A stretch of DNA of 63,555 nt, the filler included, from Reticulomyxa filosa (Eukaryota; Protista; Foraminifera): NCBI GenBank assembly GCA_000512085.1. It is 17 parts of 17 records of this genome, joined end to end, with 100 filler letters (N's around TTAATTAATTAA, not from the genome) between each part and the next. Parts side by side here need not be neighbours in the genome. Positions count along the whole stretch, not along the records: positions 1 to 8,968 come from ASPP01027905.1; positions 9,069 to 11,977 come from ASPP01038853.1; 15 more parts are not named here. One strand, written 5' to 3'. The notes under the pieces were generated by a model. It searched no databases, was not told where the DNA came from, and saw only the letters and a program-made list of their open reading frames with translations. Shown here in pieces: positions 1-11,977 of the stretch. The translations under genes and the position numbers were made by a program. Within the stretch, counting starts at the first letter, position 1; each line of letters opens with the position of its first letter.

Positions 1-809
1 GCAAAAGTGTGCATCGCAAGTGTAAGCGATGGAGCGCAAACAAACAAACACAAGTCTGACTTGCCTTTGTGGATGGCCATTAGGTCTTCCTGTTTCACAA
101 ATAAACCGTAAGGGTTGGGACATTTAAAATATCGCATTTGGTTTACGCTTCCATCATTTTCTCCGTTTTTTTCGTCCAATTCGATCCCATACCATATCCC
201 TTCGCCAAAGTCCACCGACCCAATAAACCTCACCGTACCTACCCCTTTCTCCGGTAACGTCACCCGGTCTTCTATTCCTATCCGAGTATGTTTGCGATCT
301 ATTCACATGGCCCATTCATCATATCGTATACGTTTTGTTGGCGTTTTTATTATTTTGTCGTTATTGTTTGTTTGTGACGCTTTTTTTTTTTTTAAACAAG
401 TGAAAAAATTTCGCACATTTCGACCACTTGGCATATGATTGGACAAATTAAAAAAAAAAAGGTTGCTTTTTTTTTTTTAAGAAAAAAAAGAACTTTAGAA
501 CAACAACGAAAATTAAAAAACCAACACTATTGCTCTTTTGTACGTATTTTCATAAACATATACACCTGCGTTGTTGACGAAACTTGGAATAAGGGAAGTT
601 ATTTTAGGCCTGTTTACCAATATCCCATGATTTGTTTTACAGTCAAAATATTTTCGTTTGTCAACAGTCCCGTTATTTTTACCGTTGTCCGTGTCTAATT
701 GAACACCATACCAAATACCTTCTGCAAACAATACCGGTCCAATAAATTTCACTTCTCCTTGTCCATAGTCGGATAATTGTACCCGGTCACCAATGACTAT
801 TCTTAGCAT
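1..809 (-). CDS. Tandem CAP-Gly domain protein (multi-exon, 3' end runs off window)
   Basis: ORF 809-513 has IGDRVQL...GEVKFIG...GIWYGVQLD...GKNNGTV...YF (GKNDG-like motif). Manual translation of ~300-60 on the minus strand gives a second domain, IEDRVTL..GTVRFIGSVDFGEGIWYGIELDEKNGENDGSVNQMRYFKC. Confidence 0.85.
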
Positions 810-1444
810 TTTTTTTTTTGAATGTATTGATTATTTTGGAGTTTTTAGAGACCTACCGAAAACAAAGCCGTCAAAAATTTGAAAAATATTCTCCAATATT
901 ATTAAAAGAGTAATCAAAACTATTTAAGATAGTATTACTACAAGGATGAGAAAAAATGAAAATATTTATTATCGTTGATAAAAAGTTAATGTTGAAATAT
1001 AAATGTAAAAGAAAAGTTGACTTTTTATGCTTATTTCAAAATTTATTGGATATTAAATTAATATCCACACGTTTTGGGTTCACAAAAAAATAAAAATAAA
1101 ATAAAATTATCCATAAATTTTGAGTAATGTGCGCAGCTGATGTGAAGAGGGGTTCCTTTGTCCAAGCGTAGAAAAATATATTGAAAAAAAAGAAAAATTA
1201 GATTGTGTCAATTGGATTTATTGCGATGTTGCAATACTTTTTAAATTTTTATTAAGGACTACTTCGTTTTGACTCTTCTACGATTTGCAGAAATTCATAA
1301 GATTTAACTTCTTTCGGGTTTTCCTTCAGATTTAGAAAGCTTGGCCTAGTTTGATCAATGGAATGAAAAAATTTGTTTAGCGTTTTGTGATGATAAGTTT
1401 AGCGAGAGGTTGTCATTGGCGTTTCAAAAAATACTGAAAGAGTA

Positions 1445-2729
1445 TCAATTTTTTTTTTTTGCATAATGATGCAATTGGCCTTGGCCAAACATGGTGGACA
1501 ATGGCACGAACAACACAGGCAGATACTGTCGAAAATAGCCATAAATAAGCGTAGGAGCTTGGCATAGCCAAGCTTCATGCAAATTGAAATATAATGCCGT
1601 AGCATATAATTCAGCACAGCGCTGAGTAGACATTTTCTTCTTGCTATTTTTGTCATCGGACAATCTGCCGCTGGATTCATCAGGAGAATTGCCAAAGCCT
1701 TGAGTGGAAGAAGTGGTGACATGAGTAGGGCCAGGGCAAACAATGGAAACGCGAAAGCTTTCAGGAGCCAATTCAATTCGTAGACTATCAAACAAGCCAT
1801 TGAGCGCATGTTTACTAGTAGTGTAAGCCGGTTGTCCAGGACTTCCAATCTTCCCGGCCATGCTACTGGTCACCGCTATCAAATGGCGATGAGACGTTTT
1901 ATTGCGTTTGCGAACGGCACGGACAAATGTTCGAGCCAATTCAATAACGCTCAGTGTATTCAACTAAACATCAAACATATGCATATGTATATGCATAGGT
2001 GTATATACATATGCTTATATTATCATTATTTTTTTTTTTTTTTTTTAAGTTATAAGAAATGAAGAAAAGAGGAATGCAATAACAAAAGAGAAAAACAAAC
2101 AAACCTGAAATACAGTTTTGTACAAAGATAAATCTGTGTCCATGGCTAAACCTCTTTGAGACCCCCCTAAATTGAGGACGACAATATTGATGTCATTATA
2201 TCTTTGAAACAAATCGTCTGCAATGGCGTCATTATCTTGAACCGTCTCTGGATTGATGGACTTGATTGCATCCAACGACCTTATCACCACATCGCATCCG
2301 CTGTTTAGTACACTGCAATTCTTTTTCACTCTTTCCAGTTCTTCTTGGCGACGGGAAGAAAGGATCAATCGGTGTGCTCCATCCCTTTTTTCCCCCCCCC
2401 CCCCCACATAAGTCAATTCACGAAAATGAAATGTGATCCAATTTTTTTTTTTTTTGTGACACTCAACTTGACCAGTTCGTAGGCCAAACACTCACCGATC
2501 CCTGAGGACGCTCCTAAAATCCATATTGTCTTCTTGCGGAATGAGTTTTTCAAAAATTTTTTGCGATACCAGTGCAATATATATGTTGTGTAGTCTGCAT
2601 CAACGAAAAATAATAACACCAGCAATACTAATCCTGACAACACGAACTAAACAACAAACACTTGGTTCAGTTTACATTTGACAAACTTTGCACAAGGACA
2701 AAAGATGTAATGTAGAACCGAACCAACAT
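1445..2729 (-). CDS. Short-chain dehydrogenase/reductase, DHRS7-like, with N-terminal membrane anchor (4 exons)
   Basis: Hydrophobic N-terminus then DAD, the WILGASSGIG Rossmann motif, VVLNLG, SSMAG and the catalytic YTTSK (YxxxK). GT-AG introns join the ORF pieces in frame, e.g. ELVK|DGAHRLILSSR. Confidence 0.88.
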
Positions 2730-3124
2730 CTATCAGCCCAGCCGAAGGAAAATCCTCAACAATTTATGAAGGCAATGTGCGAACGTGCACCTCAGCACAG
2801 TACAAAACTTTTTATAAGAACCTGAATTTCTTTTTCATATCTCAAAGGAAAAACCAACTATCCAGCTTTCTCACATTCATCAATATTTTTTAGTTATTAA
2901 TATTCAAACAAAAAACGAAAACGTGATAACCAATCATTCTTCAGCGTATTTCTTTTTAGTGTAGACAAATTGCAAATGATGTTTCGGAAGATTATTTAAG
3001 TAGAATTCAAATAAGCTTAAAAAATACTAATAAAAAACTAACTCAATTTATGCCTACCTGCCTTGCAAAATTTACATTTTTTTGTTTCTTCGAAAAGCTC
3101 GTTTAAAAAATTGAGGGGTAACAA

Positions 3125-4348
3125 ATGGCAATGGCAGTAGTGGAAAGTAAAGAAGATTCAGTGGCAGATAATAAATCAACAGATGAGGATATCCCCCAAG
3201 AATTTATGTGTCCCATAACACGAGAAGTAATGAGAAATCCAGTGATAACAGTAGTAGGACACAGTTACGAGCGAGAAGCCATAGAGGAATGGTTGTTGAA
3301 ACACAACAGCGACCCATTGACAGGAATGCAATTGAGTAGCAAAATGCTGGTTCCCAACCACACGCTACGGAAGCAAATTGAATCATACGTAGTAAAATAC
3401 GGGATAAAAATAAAAAGCAGTGTGACATCATTTCACCCGTTGCTAAAGTTGTTGCGTGAACACACGGAAGTGATGAGATGTTTTTATGCGTCATCAAATA
3501 TATTGCACCGACTAAGCGATGACTGGTTGGAAAAGCACAAGGAGTGGCAATCATGGATTAAAAACTATTTGAAGTCCTTGAAAAAGTTTACACAGCAAAT
3601 GCAAGAGACTCGGGCGAATATGCTGAAACATTTGCTCTGGCTTCGAGGTTTGGCGAAAGCTTATGCCAACAAAGAACTGGCTCTATATTTGGAAAAAGAC
3701 GAATTAAAACTTCAGACGACTCAATCGAAGGGAGAAGAAGTCAAAGCTAGTGACGACGATATAGCCATTCAGCATATTTTACCTCGCTTCATTGCTCTCA
3801 AAACAAGCTTGCGCTGTGTCGCCGGGGCGCAAGAACTGAACTTGACTCCGACTCAACAAATGCTCAAATTGTTGGAGGCAATCATTGAAAAAAGTGATAT
3901 TACAGGCTCCAATTTTGACTTTGAAGAGGAAGCTGTGGCCTTTAGTGCGTTGCTGGGCGCGATGGTGGGCGGTAATGCTGGAGGCACTACTGGAGCCACC
4001 ATCGGCTCTGCTGGAGGGCCGGTCGGAACTGTCGCTGGAGCCACCATTGGCTTTTATTTGGGTGTCTTGGTTGGTGCCACTCCACCAATGGCTTATGCTG
4101 CATATCGTGAACACTCCAAAGCTCATATATCTTCCGATCTCGAAATTATCAACCTTGCTCATCTTGGGTTAAGCCGATACTGCTGTCATGTCTCGCAAGA
4201 GTTAAAGGAACTCGTCAAATATAACGATCTGTTGAGTGAACAGATGAGCACTTGGCTTGCACACACTACTTTGGAGTCACTTGCACTTGAGTTATGGCTC
4301 AACCCTTTGGAACTTCTCATTTCCTTGTTACAAGAGCCTTTGTTGTAA
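3125..4348 (+). CDS. U-box E3 ligase domain protein with coiled coil and glycine-zipper segment (single exon)
   Basis: IPQEFMCPITREVMRNPV...GHSYEREAIEEWL...DPLTG...LVPNHTLRKQIE is a canonical U-box. GAMVGGNAGGTTGATIGSAGGPVGTVAGATIGFYLGVLVG is a GxxxG zipper. Confidence 0.9.
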   Translation: MAMAVVESKEDSVADNKSTDEDIPQEFMCPITREVMRNPVITVVGHSYEREAIEEWLLKHNSDPLTGMQLSSKMLVPNHTLRKQIESYVVKYGIKIKSSVTSFHPLLKLLREHTEVMRCFYASSNILHRLSDDWLEKHKEWQSWIKNYLKSLKKFTQQMQETRANMLKHLLWLRGLAKAYANKELALYLEKDELKLQTTQSKGEEVKASDDDIAIQHILPRFIALKTSLRCVAGAQELNLTPTQQMLKLLEAIIEKSDITGSNFDFEEEAVAFSALLGAMVGGNAGGTTGATIGSAGGPVGTVAGATIGFYLGVLVGATPPMAYAAYREHSKAHISSDLEIINLAHLGLSRYCCHVSQELKELVKYNDLLSEQMSTWLAHTTLESLALELWLNPLELLISLLQEPLL

Positions 4349-5172
4349 AGAAGAAGCAAACAAAAACGATTAGAAGAAAGAGAGTTATATATAAAAAGGG
4401 ATCAGAATCAATCTTTTGTTTTTTTAAATTTTTTTGGATGAGAAAATGTTAGTACTGGTTTCAATGTTTTATCGAGTTCTACCATCCAATCTGTATAATA
4501 AATAATTCAAGAAATGTATTTTTCATAAATTAATATCACAAGATTTTTTACATTAACATAATGAAATAAGATGCTAGATCACTGTCGCACGCAAAGATAA
4601 CACTGCAATACAGCTCCAAAATTTCCAAAAGATAAAATAAAACTATCATTTTTTGCTATAGAAAAATTGTACATGCTAAAAAGGATTTATTTAAAATTTA
4701 ATTTTGGTATTATTCTGTGTGATATCTACTTTATCAATATTTCATTGTATTCATATAACAAAATTGTAGATTTTTTCGTCTTTGGTCAAAAGGGGTCCAG
4801 TTCAATACGATTTGCGATAATAGAATTAAGTTTGTTTGTTTTCTTAATTAATTAATGTCTTGATAATAGATATCGAACACATATGAAAATGATTTGTCTG
4901 ATAACAGTAACAGTATTTAGCAATGAAAAAAGTAACGAAACAAATTAACGAACAAGTTAAATTTAAACAAAAACAACTTTTGTAATCAACAGTTGATAAA
5001 TAAGCAGCAAGAATTCGAAATAAAGTTATGTTTTTAAAAATTTTAAAAGAAAAATTATTTATATTGTAAGAAATAAATAATATAAACTAATATATACTAA
5101 AAATGTAATTTGATCTTCGTCAGATGAAAGTACTACGATATATACAGTAGAATGCAAAAGAACGTTGAAATA

Positions 5173-5456
5173 TAAAAGGGCACATTATAAAGATAATTGA
5201 TTTTCTTCATGAAAAAACAATATTTAGACTTAATTTTTCGACAGAAAAAAATCTACAAATAGTGTAATTTTAAATATAATTTTTGCTTTATTAAATATTT
5301 ACTAATTTTCAAAAATTTGAATATTTTATTGAAAGATTTAATAAAACAAAAATCATATTTAAAACTACAATATTTGTAGATATTTTTCGATGGAAAAATT
5401 AGTACTGATGTGTTTTTTCATGAAGAAATCAATTATCTTTATAATGTGCCATTTTA
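5173..5456. mobile_element. Foldback/MITE-like long imperfect palindrome
   Basis: The left arm taaaagggcacattataaagataattgattttcttcatgaaaaaac... is the near reverse complement of the right arm ...gttttttcatgaagaaatcaattatctttataatgtgccatttta over about 125 bp. Non-coding, with TA at both ends. Confidence 0.65.
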
Positions 5457-5682
5457 GATCAACTTTCTTTTGCATTATACTGTATGATGCTGTCAGGTAA
5501 GCATAATATTGGCTCAAATAGTTTTTTTATTATCTTCAAATAAGGTTGAAATTGTAAAGTTTGAGTAATATTTGATTGACAAAACTCTTTTGAAATTAAG
5601 TAACAATTTTGGATATACTCAAAAAGGACTTGTATTTTTATCAAATTGACCAAAATCACAAAATAGTCAAAGAAGAGCTAAA

Positions 5683-8600
5683 TTATATATTAACTTCTGG
5701 ATCTTCATCTGGCACTTCTACCATTCCTTTATGTTTGGAATGTGTAACTTTGTTATCCATCAATTGATAGTTCAGGACAATTTTATTCCATTTTTGGTCC
5801 ATATCTTGTTGTTGTTTGTACATTTTCCAAACAGCAGTTGCAGCACCAATGACGAAGAGTAATGCAACGACGACAACGACAGAGATGATGGTAACATTGA
5901 CTGAAGAGCCTCCTTTGGAGGACGAAGAGGAACTTGAGTATTGTGAGTATCTGCAGCTATTGTAATCAGAGTCTTCAGGACTCAAACACTTGCCACATGA
6001 GTCTTTTGCATAGCCACCATGACAACTTCCTCGGCAATCTTTGCCATATGTATCCCAATTGTTCATCGTGCTGTTAAGGCAATAACCACAAGGATTGACT
6101 TTTTTGCCGCTATTTGGAACTTGATCACAGCCGACGCAGGAGTCCCCTAATGTCGAATAAAAAAGAGCAAGTAAGTAATTAAAATAAGGAAACTGACATA
6201 TCACATATAAATATATTAAGAAATGGATAAATTATATGCACATATAATTTTCATAAACATATATGTACATATACATATACATATATATATATATAATAAA
6301 GCAATAACATAATAGGTTAGAAGTTCCATTCAGACATTGGCCACAACGATCGACAATATAACCTCCATCGCAAACACCATTACAATCTTTGCCATATGTG
6401 TCGAAGTTGGGCAAGGAGGCATTCATGCAATGATTGCAAGGATTGTATTGTTTGCCACTATTGACCACCCCATCGCAGCCAACGCACGAGTCCCAGGAGG
6501 GGTCACTTTGACTGAGACACTGTCCGCAGGAATCGATAGCATGTTGTCCGTTGCACGTGTCATTGCAATCCCTCCCGTATGTGGCAAAGTTGGACGAGTT
6601 ATTCTGCAAACAAAAGCCACAAGGATTGATTTTCTTCCCACTGAAAGCCACTCCGTCGCATCCTACACAATCGTCAAACGATTCATCGTCAGACGGCAGA
6701 CATTGTCCACACTTGTCTTTGTTCCACGTGCCATAGCAAACGTCATTGCAATCCATCCCAAATGTGGTAAAGTTGGACGAAGTACTGTTTAGACAAATGC
6801 CGCAAGGATTGATTTTCATCCCACTGAATGACACCCCATCGCACCCTACGCAGTCGTTAAATGATTCATCGTCGGGCGATAAGCATTGTCCACACATGTC
6901 TTTGTCCCACGTGCCATAGCAAACGCCACTGCAATCCATCCCAAATATGGTAAAGCTAGACGAGCTGCTGTTCAGACAAACGCCGCAAGGATTGATTTTC
7001 ATCCCACTGAATGACACCCCATCACACCCTACGCAGTCGTTAAATGAGTCATCGTCGAGAGACAAACATTGTCCACACTTATCTTTGTGCCACGTGCCAT
7101 AGCAAACGCCATTGCAATCCATTCCAAACGTGGCAAAGTTAGACAAGCTGCTGTTCAGACAAAGTCCGCAAGGATTAATCTTTTTTCCACTGAAAGGCAC
7201 TCCGTCACATCCTTCGCAATCGTCAAACGATTCATCTCGGGAGGTAGACATTGTCCACATCTATCTTTGCTCCACGTGCCATTGCAAACGCCATTACAAT
7301 CTTTTTCGAGCGAGGTGCAGTTGTAGTGCATCGTTGGTGCGGGTGTGTAATTGCATTGCTGCGGCTTCGAATCTTCCGCAAATCCTGCACAAATTGCACT
7401 AAACACTGCACATGCCTGCGGAGTAATTTCTTCACAATCGATATTCCCGTGCACCAACACCGAGTTCACAGTTATTGCCGATAATTGGTAAATGCCTTTT
7501 CCGCCGCGATATGTACATACACGTATAATTTTTTAAAAAAACTACTTACGTACGTATTCTGATACTTTTTTTTTTTATTTATTTTTAGAAAGAATACACA
7601 TGCAACACAAAACACAACAGACACTACACACGGAGTGTTTCACGGAGCCTGGTCTCAGCTTCCAATATGGTATTGACTCCTCCTTGGTAGCTAGATCCTC
7701 CTGATTGCGTCACGCATTGCTGCACCCATGAAGACAGTGTCGAGTTCAGCTGGTCCATTTGCTGGTAACTGCACGAGGCTGTAAACGTGCTCACTTGATT
7801 GCCCATTTGCCAGCAGTTTTTATTCCATAAATTCTCATAGTCCCACCAAATCGATTCATTTTGTCTTAGTGTTTCAATAAATCTGTTTTTTTTTTTTTTT
7901 TTTTTTAGTTGTTTGATTTTGTCTCTTGGCCTTGGTACAATACATGCACACATATGTACATATATGTGTATGTATAAAAATACTGGGTATGAATCAGTTG
8001 TATTAATTGTTGATGTGATTTATGTAACTTCCACACGCAAGCACTTCGTAAATTTTCTTGAACAACATCCATCCCATTCAGTCCTGTTCCTAAATCATCT
8101 GTTTTCTCACAGTTCATTAATCAAAAAACCGTTCTTTAACTTATTTGTGTGTACGTATACACACAAATACACGTAAATGCATCAAACATTCTGGATCAAC
8201 AGCACAATATCTCCCCGAATTGGTGCACTGAGTTCCACAGCGATAACTGCCATCGTTGCAGTTCCAATGAGATCCATTGAGAATATATACGTGGGGAGTG
8301 AACAATGTATAGTTTTGGTATTCGAAGCTGAGTGCGGTATTTCTCCAATTGGCTTTGAATTCAACTGTCCCTGGATCGATACTGCTCGTCCACACTTCAT
8401 ATTCGACACGTTTGCCCGGATGGGGCAGTCCCCATTCCAGCCTGGCCACCACCCAATTCATAAATCTGGGTTCAGGATATTTGGTCTTGTTTATGTTTAC
8501 AGGGTTCCATTGAGATACATTCAGTGCTGACATTAGTGAACTAGCATTCGTATATCCTTTTTATTAAAAAAAAAACAAATTGTTTTGAGCTACTTGTGCA

Positions 8601-8968
8601 TTATTTCAAAACCTTTCCTTTTTTTTAAAAAATAAAAAACCTAATAAAACGGAAGGGATCACAATATCATCGTCCCAATTTTCAGGTGACCACATGTTGA
8701 AGAGACTCTCAACCAAATTGTCCAAAACAATTGTTGCAATTGCGGACAATGCTTGGGTATTTTCCACTTTGTCCACGAAATAACAACTTCCTCGATCGAC
8801 CAAAAAAATATAAAAGACCTTGGAACTGTCCCCTGTCCAATCTTTCAGCCAGTGAATATAAGGATTCAGGTCCAACGGCTCTTGAGTACACTCGGTATGG
8901 AACGTCGTGTTCATTGGCAATACCAAATATCCCTCCACACTCCCTCCGTAGTTTTGGTACCCAAACTG
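5683..8968 (-). CDS. Vacuolar sorting receptor (VSR/BP-80)-like type I membrane protein; 5' truncated; multi-exon; one apparent 1-nt indel near 7240
   Basis: PA domain (LVDRGSCYFVDKV...DDIVIPSVLL), VSR-type motifs WGLPHP..RVEYEVWTSS, FTPH, CTNSGRYCAVDPE and GMDVVQENLRSACVW, then Cys-rich repeats, a TM helix (IISVVVVVALLFVIGAATAVW) and a tail with YQLM (YxxPhi). Confidence 0.82.
5960..7310 (-). repeat. Coding tandem repeat, 183-bp/61-aa Cys-rich unit, about 6-7 copies
   Basis: gccatagcaaacg recurs at 6730, 6913 and 7096 (183-bp period). Unit: GxDCNGVCxGxWxKDxCGQCL...DCVGCDGVxxSGxKINPCGxCLN. Confidence 0.9.
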
Positions 8969-9068
8969 NNNNNNNNNNNNNNNNNNNNNNNNNNNNNNNN
9001 NNNNNNNNNNNNTTAATTAATTAANNNNNNNNNNNNNNNNNNNNNNNNNNNNNNNNNNNNNNNNNNNN
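8969..9068. other. Artificial contig-joining spacer (first of 16)
   Basis: 44N + TTAATTAATTAA (stops in all six frames) + 44N. The others are at 11978-12077, 13202-13301, 16254-16353, 19247-19346, 30019-30118, 39745-39844, 41137-41236, 44349-44448, 45885-45984, 48920-49019, 54241-54340, 55535-55634, 56841-56940, 59578-59677 and 62274-62373. Confidence 0.98.
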
Positions 9069-9104
<36 letters not shown>

Positions 9105-9105
9105 G

Positions 9106-10563
9106 TTGAATTTCTTGGAAGCGACGCGAAGTAATTATCAATATTTGGACGACAACAGCCGCAATGCCATAGGCTATGTAAGTGAGAACGACAACGACGA
9201 GCTGCTCGTCGACCCCGAGTACGGAAAGCACTATTGTCACGCGAGCGAAAAGTATCGAAGTCAGGTGCTTCGCGATCCTTGCGACGGACGACCGGTGTAC
9301 GAATGGCAGGTCCCATTTGGATTGGATGAAGCACATGGATACAAAGATGGTTTGTATATTTCTTTTTTGTTGTTGTTAATTTTGCCATGTCAGATAATAT
9401 ATAAATATAAATATATAAAACGCTATCAGTATCAACGGCAGTCGATGTTCTTGGAAATGAAAATGCTTTAAAAAACACCAACTTTGAATGGAAAGAAGGC
9501 ACAACACAAGGAAATGAAATAACACTGACTCATCCTCATCGAAATCAACAAGTCATTTTATGCACCGAACAAAATGCAGCCAAAGTCATTAGCGCTGTGC
9601 AACCGCATACTGTTGTCGTTGAGTCAACTTGTTTCTTTTTCTTTTCTTTTTTTTTTTTTTTAAAGTTTATAAATCGGCTAATCCAATTGTCACATAACGT
9701 AATCCCATTGTGCGTGTCCAGTTTCAACGTGGTGCGGAATTGCTACTGAGCAATTTGACGCATCGATTTTCGCCCACTTTCTTGACTGATTTAAATGGGT
9801 GTGCTCTGGCATCCGCATGGAGTGCGGCCTTCTATTTGAGCCCATTGTGGCCGGAAGCCACCTTTGCGAGCGGCTTGCTTGGCCTTGGCTTATTGGCTGT
9901 CAATTATCGGCTGTGGAGTGACGTCACTTTCAGTAAAAAAGACCTGAAACAGGCCTTCAAACAATGCCGGAAAAATCAATGCAATGTCGTGCTGGGTGAT
10001 TGGATGGCTGAAGACTATGAAGAACGAAAGGATTATCTCAAACGATTCGATGACTTTGCAACTTCGTCTCAACACTCAAAACCAACCAGTCCCGGCTTGG
10101 CTGTCAATAACATCTCCACAACTAATCTTAACACTTCACCGGCCTTGGAATATGTCAAATCCTTGGTAAGCCAACCCAAAGCTCAATTGGATGTCAATGC
10201 CAAGTTATTTTTTTTTTTTTTTTTTTATCTTGTAATGTTTATGTGAAAATTAAACAAAAGAGGGATATACACATACATATGTGTACATATGTATATATGT
10301 ATCTGTGTATATATGTGTATAGAGAAAAAGATGTCATTCGAACTTATCATGACGCATTACTGAATCGTAGAATAGATGTTTTTGCACATGTGATTAACAA
10401 TGTTGAGGGAGAAAAGATTGTTGTCCCCATCCGCGATATTGATGACGCACCTTTGTCGTGGGTTAGCAGAAATTTAGTCAAGAGGTTGACTGGCGCTTTC
10501 CCAATCACTAAATCTCCACTCAAATTTGATCCCTATTTCGAACGTGTTGAAGTCGCATTTTAA
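9106..10563 (+). CDS. Multi-exon protein with divergent TraB/PrgY-like domain (5' truncated)
   Basis: The exons give KVISAVQPHTVVVES (cf. TraB ..PDxVxVEL), LKQAFKQCRKNQCNVVLGD (cf. EFxxA..A......VVLGD) and DALLNRRIDVFAHVI...EKIVVPI (cf. L..ERD..MA..L...VVAVVG). Confidence 0.45.
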
Positions 10564-11395
10564 AAAAAAATTTTCACTTTCTAAATCATGTCCTTCTCTC
10601 TCTCTCCTCCCCTGATTTTTATTTTTGGAGACAAAGTGTGCCATTGACCTCAAGAATCAACTTTCCAAGCGAAATTTGATAATTTTTTTTGAAAAACTTG
10701 TTTTGTCAGGTTTTTTTCCCCCTCCAAAAAAAAAAACAACACACTTCTGAAATAATCACTTGTGAATATGCCCCAACTGTGGTTGGATTTTTAAAGAGCT
10801 AAAATTGATTAAACACTATCTTCCCTCAAAGTTTTCTCGCTGATGGTAAAACTTGAATTTGCAAATTAGAAAAGTTCATTGACTCTCATTTGAAATAAAC
10901 AATATTGTTAATGTAAGAAAGAAAAGATGTCACCAACAAAAACTAGCAAATTCTATCCTTTTGGACTTCTTTCTATCTTTTTTCAAATCAATGTTTGAAT
11001 TGAGAAATAAGCTCACAATATTTAAGATTCTGTGTATTGCTTTCTTGCCCGCTTTTCATTTCTCGTTTGCCATCCACACAAAACGCCACAAACATTAATT
11101 AAAACAAGCAAATAAATAAGGACATTCCTTTGGCTTGCTTGCTCGAGCAACAGCTCACACATACACACAAACTCCAAATTTACTCAACAAGGGGAAAGAC
11201 CAGTGAATAAATCAATCATCTAATAACAATCAGTGGCAAACTGTAATCTGCTTTTTTTTTTTTTGTGCTAAAAAAACGTAAATCTTAAAAAAAAAAAAAA
11301 GTCCAACAAAAAAAAGCAGATGGATGAAACTTTGATTGAAATGCATAAGAATAAAAACTAAAGATAAAAAAAAAAAGTTTGATTATTGTCACTCC

Positions 11396-11842
11396 TCAAA
11401 TGGGCTGAAAGGTATTAGCCTCAGGAAGACCAGAGTTAGTATTGTGACTGTGGATACGTTTTTGGGAAGGAGAGTGAGGAAAATCCGAATGGTGATTCGG
11501 AAGATTGTTGTGAAGAGAAGGATCAAGAACAACAGGATGAGAATTGGTTGTGAAGCAAGAGTTGCTGAACACGGGCGAGAAATAGCTTGGTTGAAAATCG
11601 CCAAAGTCCACAATATCATCATGAGCGGCGACAATGACGAGTTTGCGTCGGCGATGATGCAGCCAAATTAAAACCATTCGCAAGCACTGGGAAGTGAGAC
11701 GAATCAACAGCAGCAAAGAAAACAAGATGCCAGAAGAGGGAATTATCCAATAAATGACCAGCGCAAAGACACATAGCAACACCACAAAAAAATCAAATAC
11801 ATTTGCACACGACCTCCAATAGTTGTGAGGATGAGCGAACAT
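11396..11842 (-). CDS. Voltage-sensor-like (Ion_trans S3-S4) membrane protein, last exon
   Basis: YWRSCANVFDFFVVLL matches the S2-S3 WNxFDF signature. It is followed by an Arg-containing hydrophobic helix (LLLLIRLTSQCLRMVLIW), a soluble tail and a stop. Confidence 0.6.
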   Translation of the reverse strand: MFAHPHNYWRSCANVFDFFVVLLCVFALVIYWIIPSSGILFSLLLLIRLTSQCLRMVLIWLHHRRRKLVIVAAHDDIVDFGDFQPSYFSPVFSNSCFTTNSHPVVLDPSLHNNLPNHHSDFPHSPSQKRIHSHNTNSGLPEANTFQPI

Positions 11843-11929
11843 CTTTTTCAAAAAAAAAAAGCATTAAGCAAGAATATTTGATTTAATAATTTCCAGAAAT
11901 TTTTAAACAAATGAATGAATGAATAAATA

Positions 11930-11977
<48 letters not shown>
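11930..11977. repeat. (TA)n microsatellite at contig end
   Basis: Near-pure TA run (one interruption) adjacent to the spacer. Confidence 0.9.

Noticed and set aside
5960-7310. Regular 183-bp repeats as a CRISPR or non-coding array
   Set aside because: They are in-frame coding repeats with no unique spacers.
9013-9024. Recurring TTAATTAATTAA palindrome as a biological repeat or CRISPR-like array
   Set aside because: Always centred in exactly 88 Ns. It is a six-frame-stop assembly linker.
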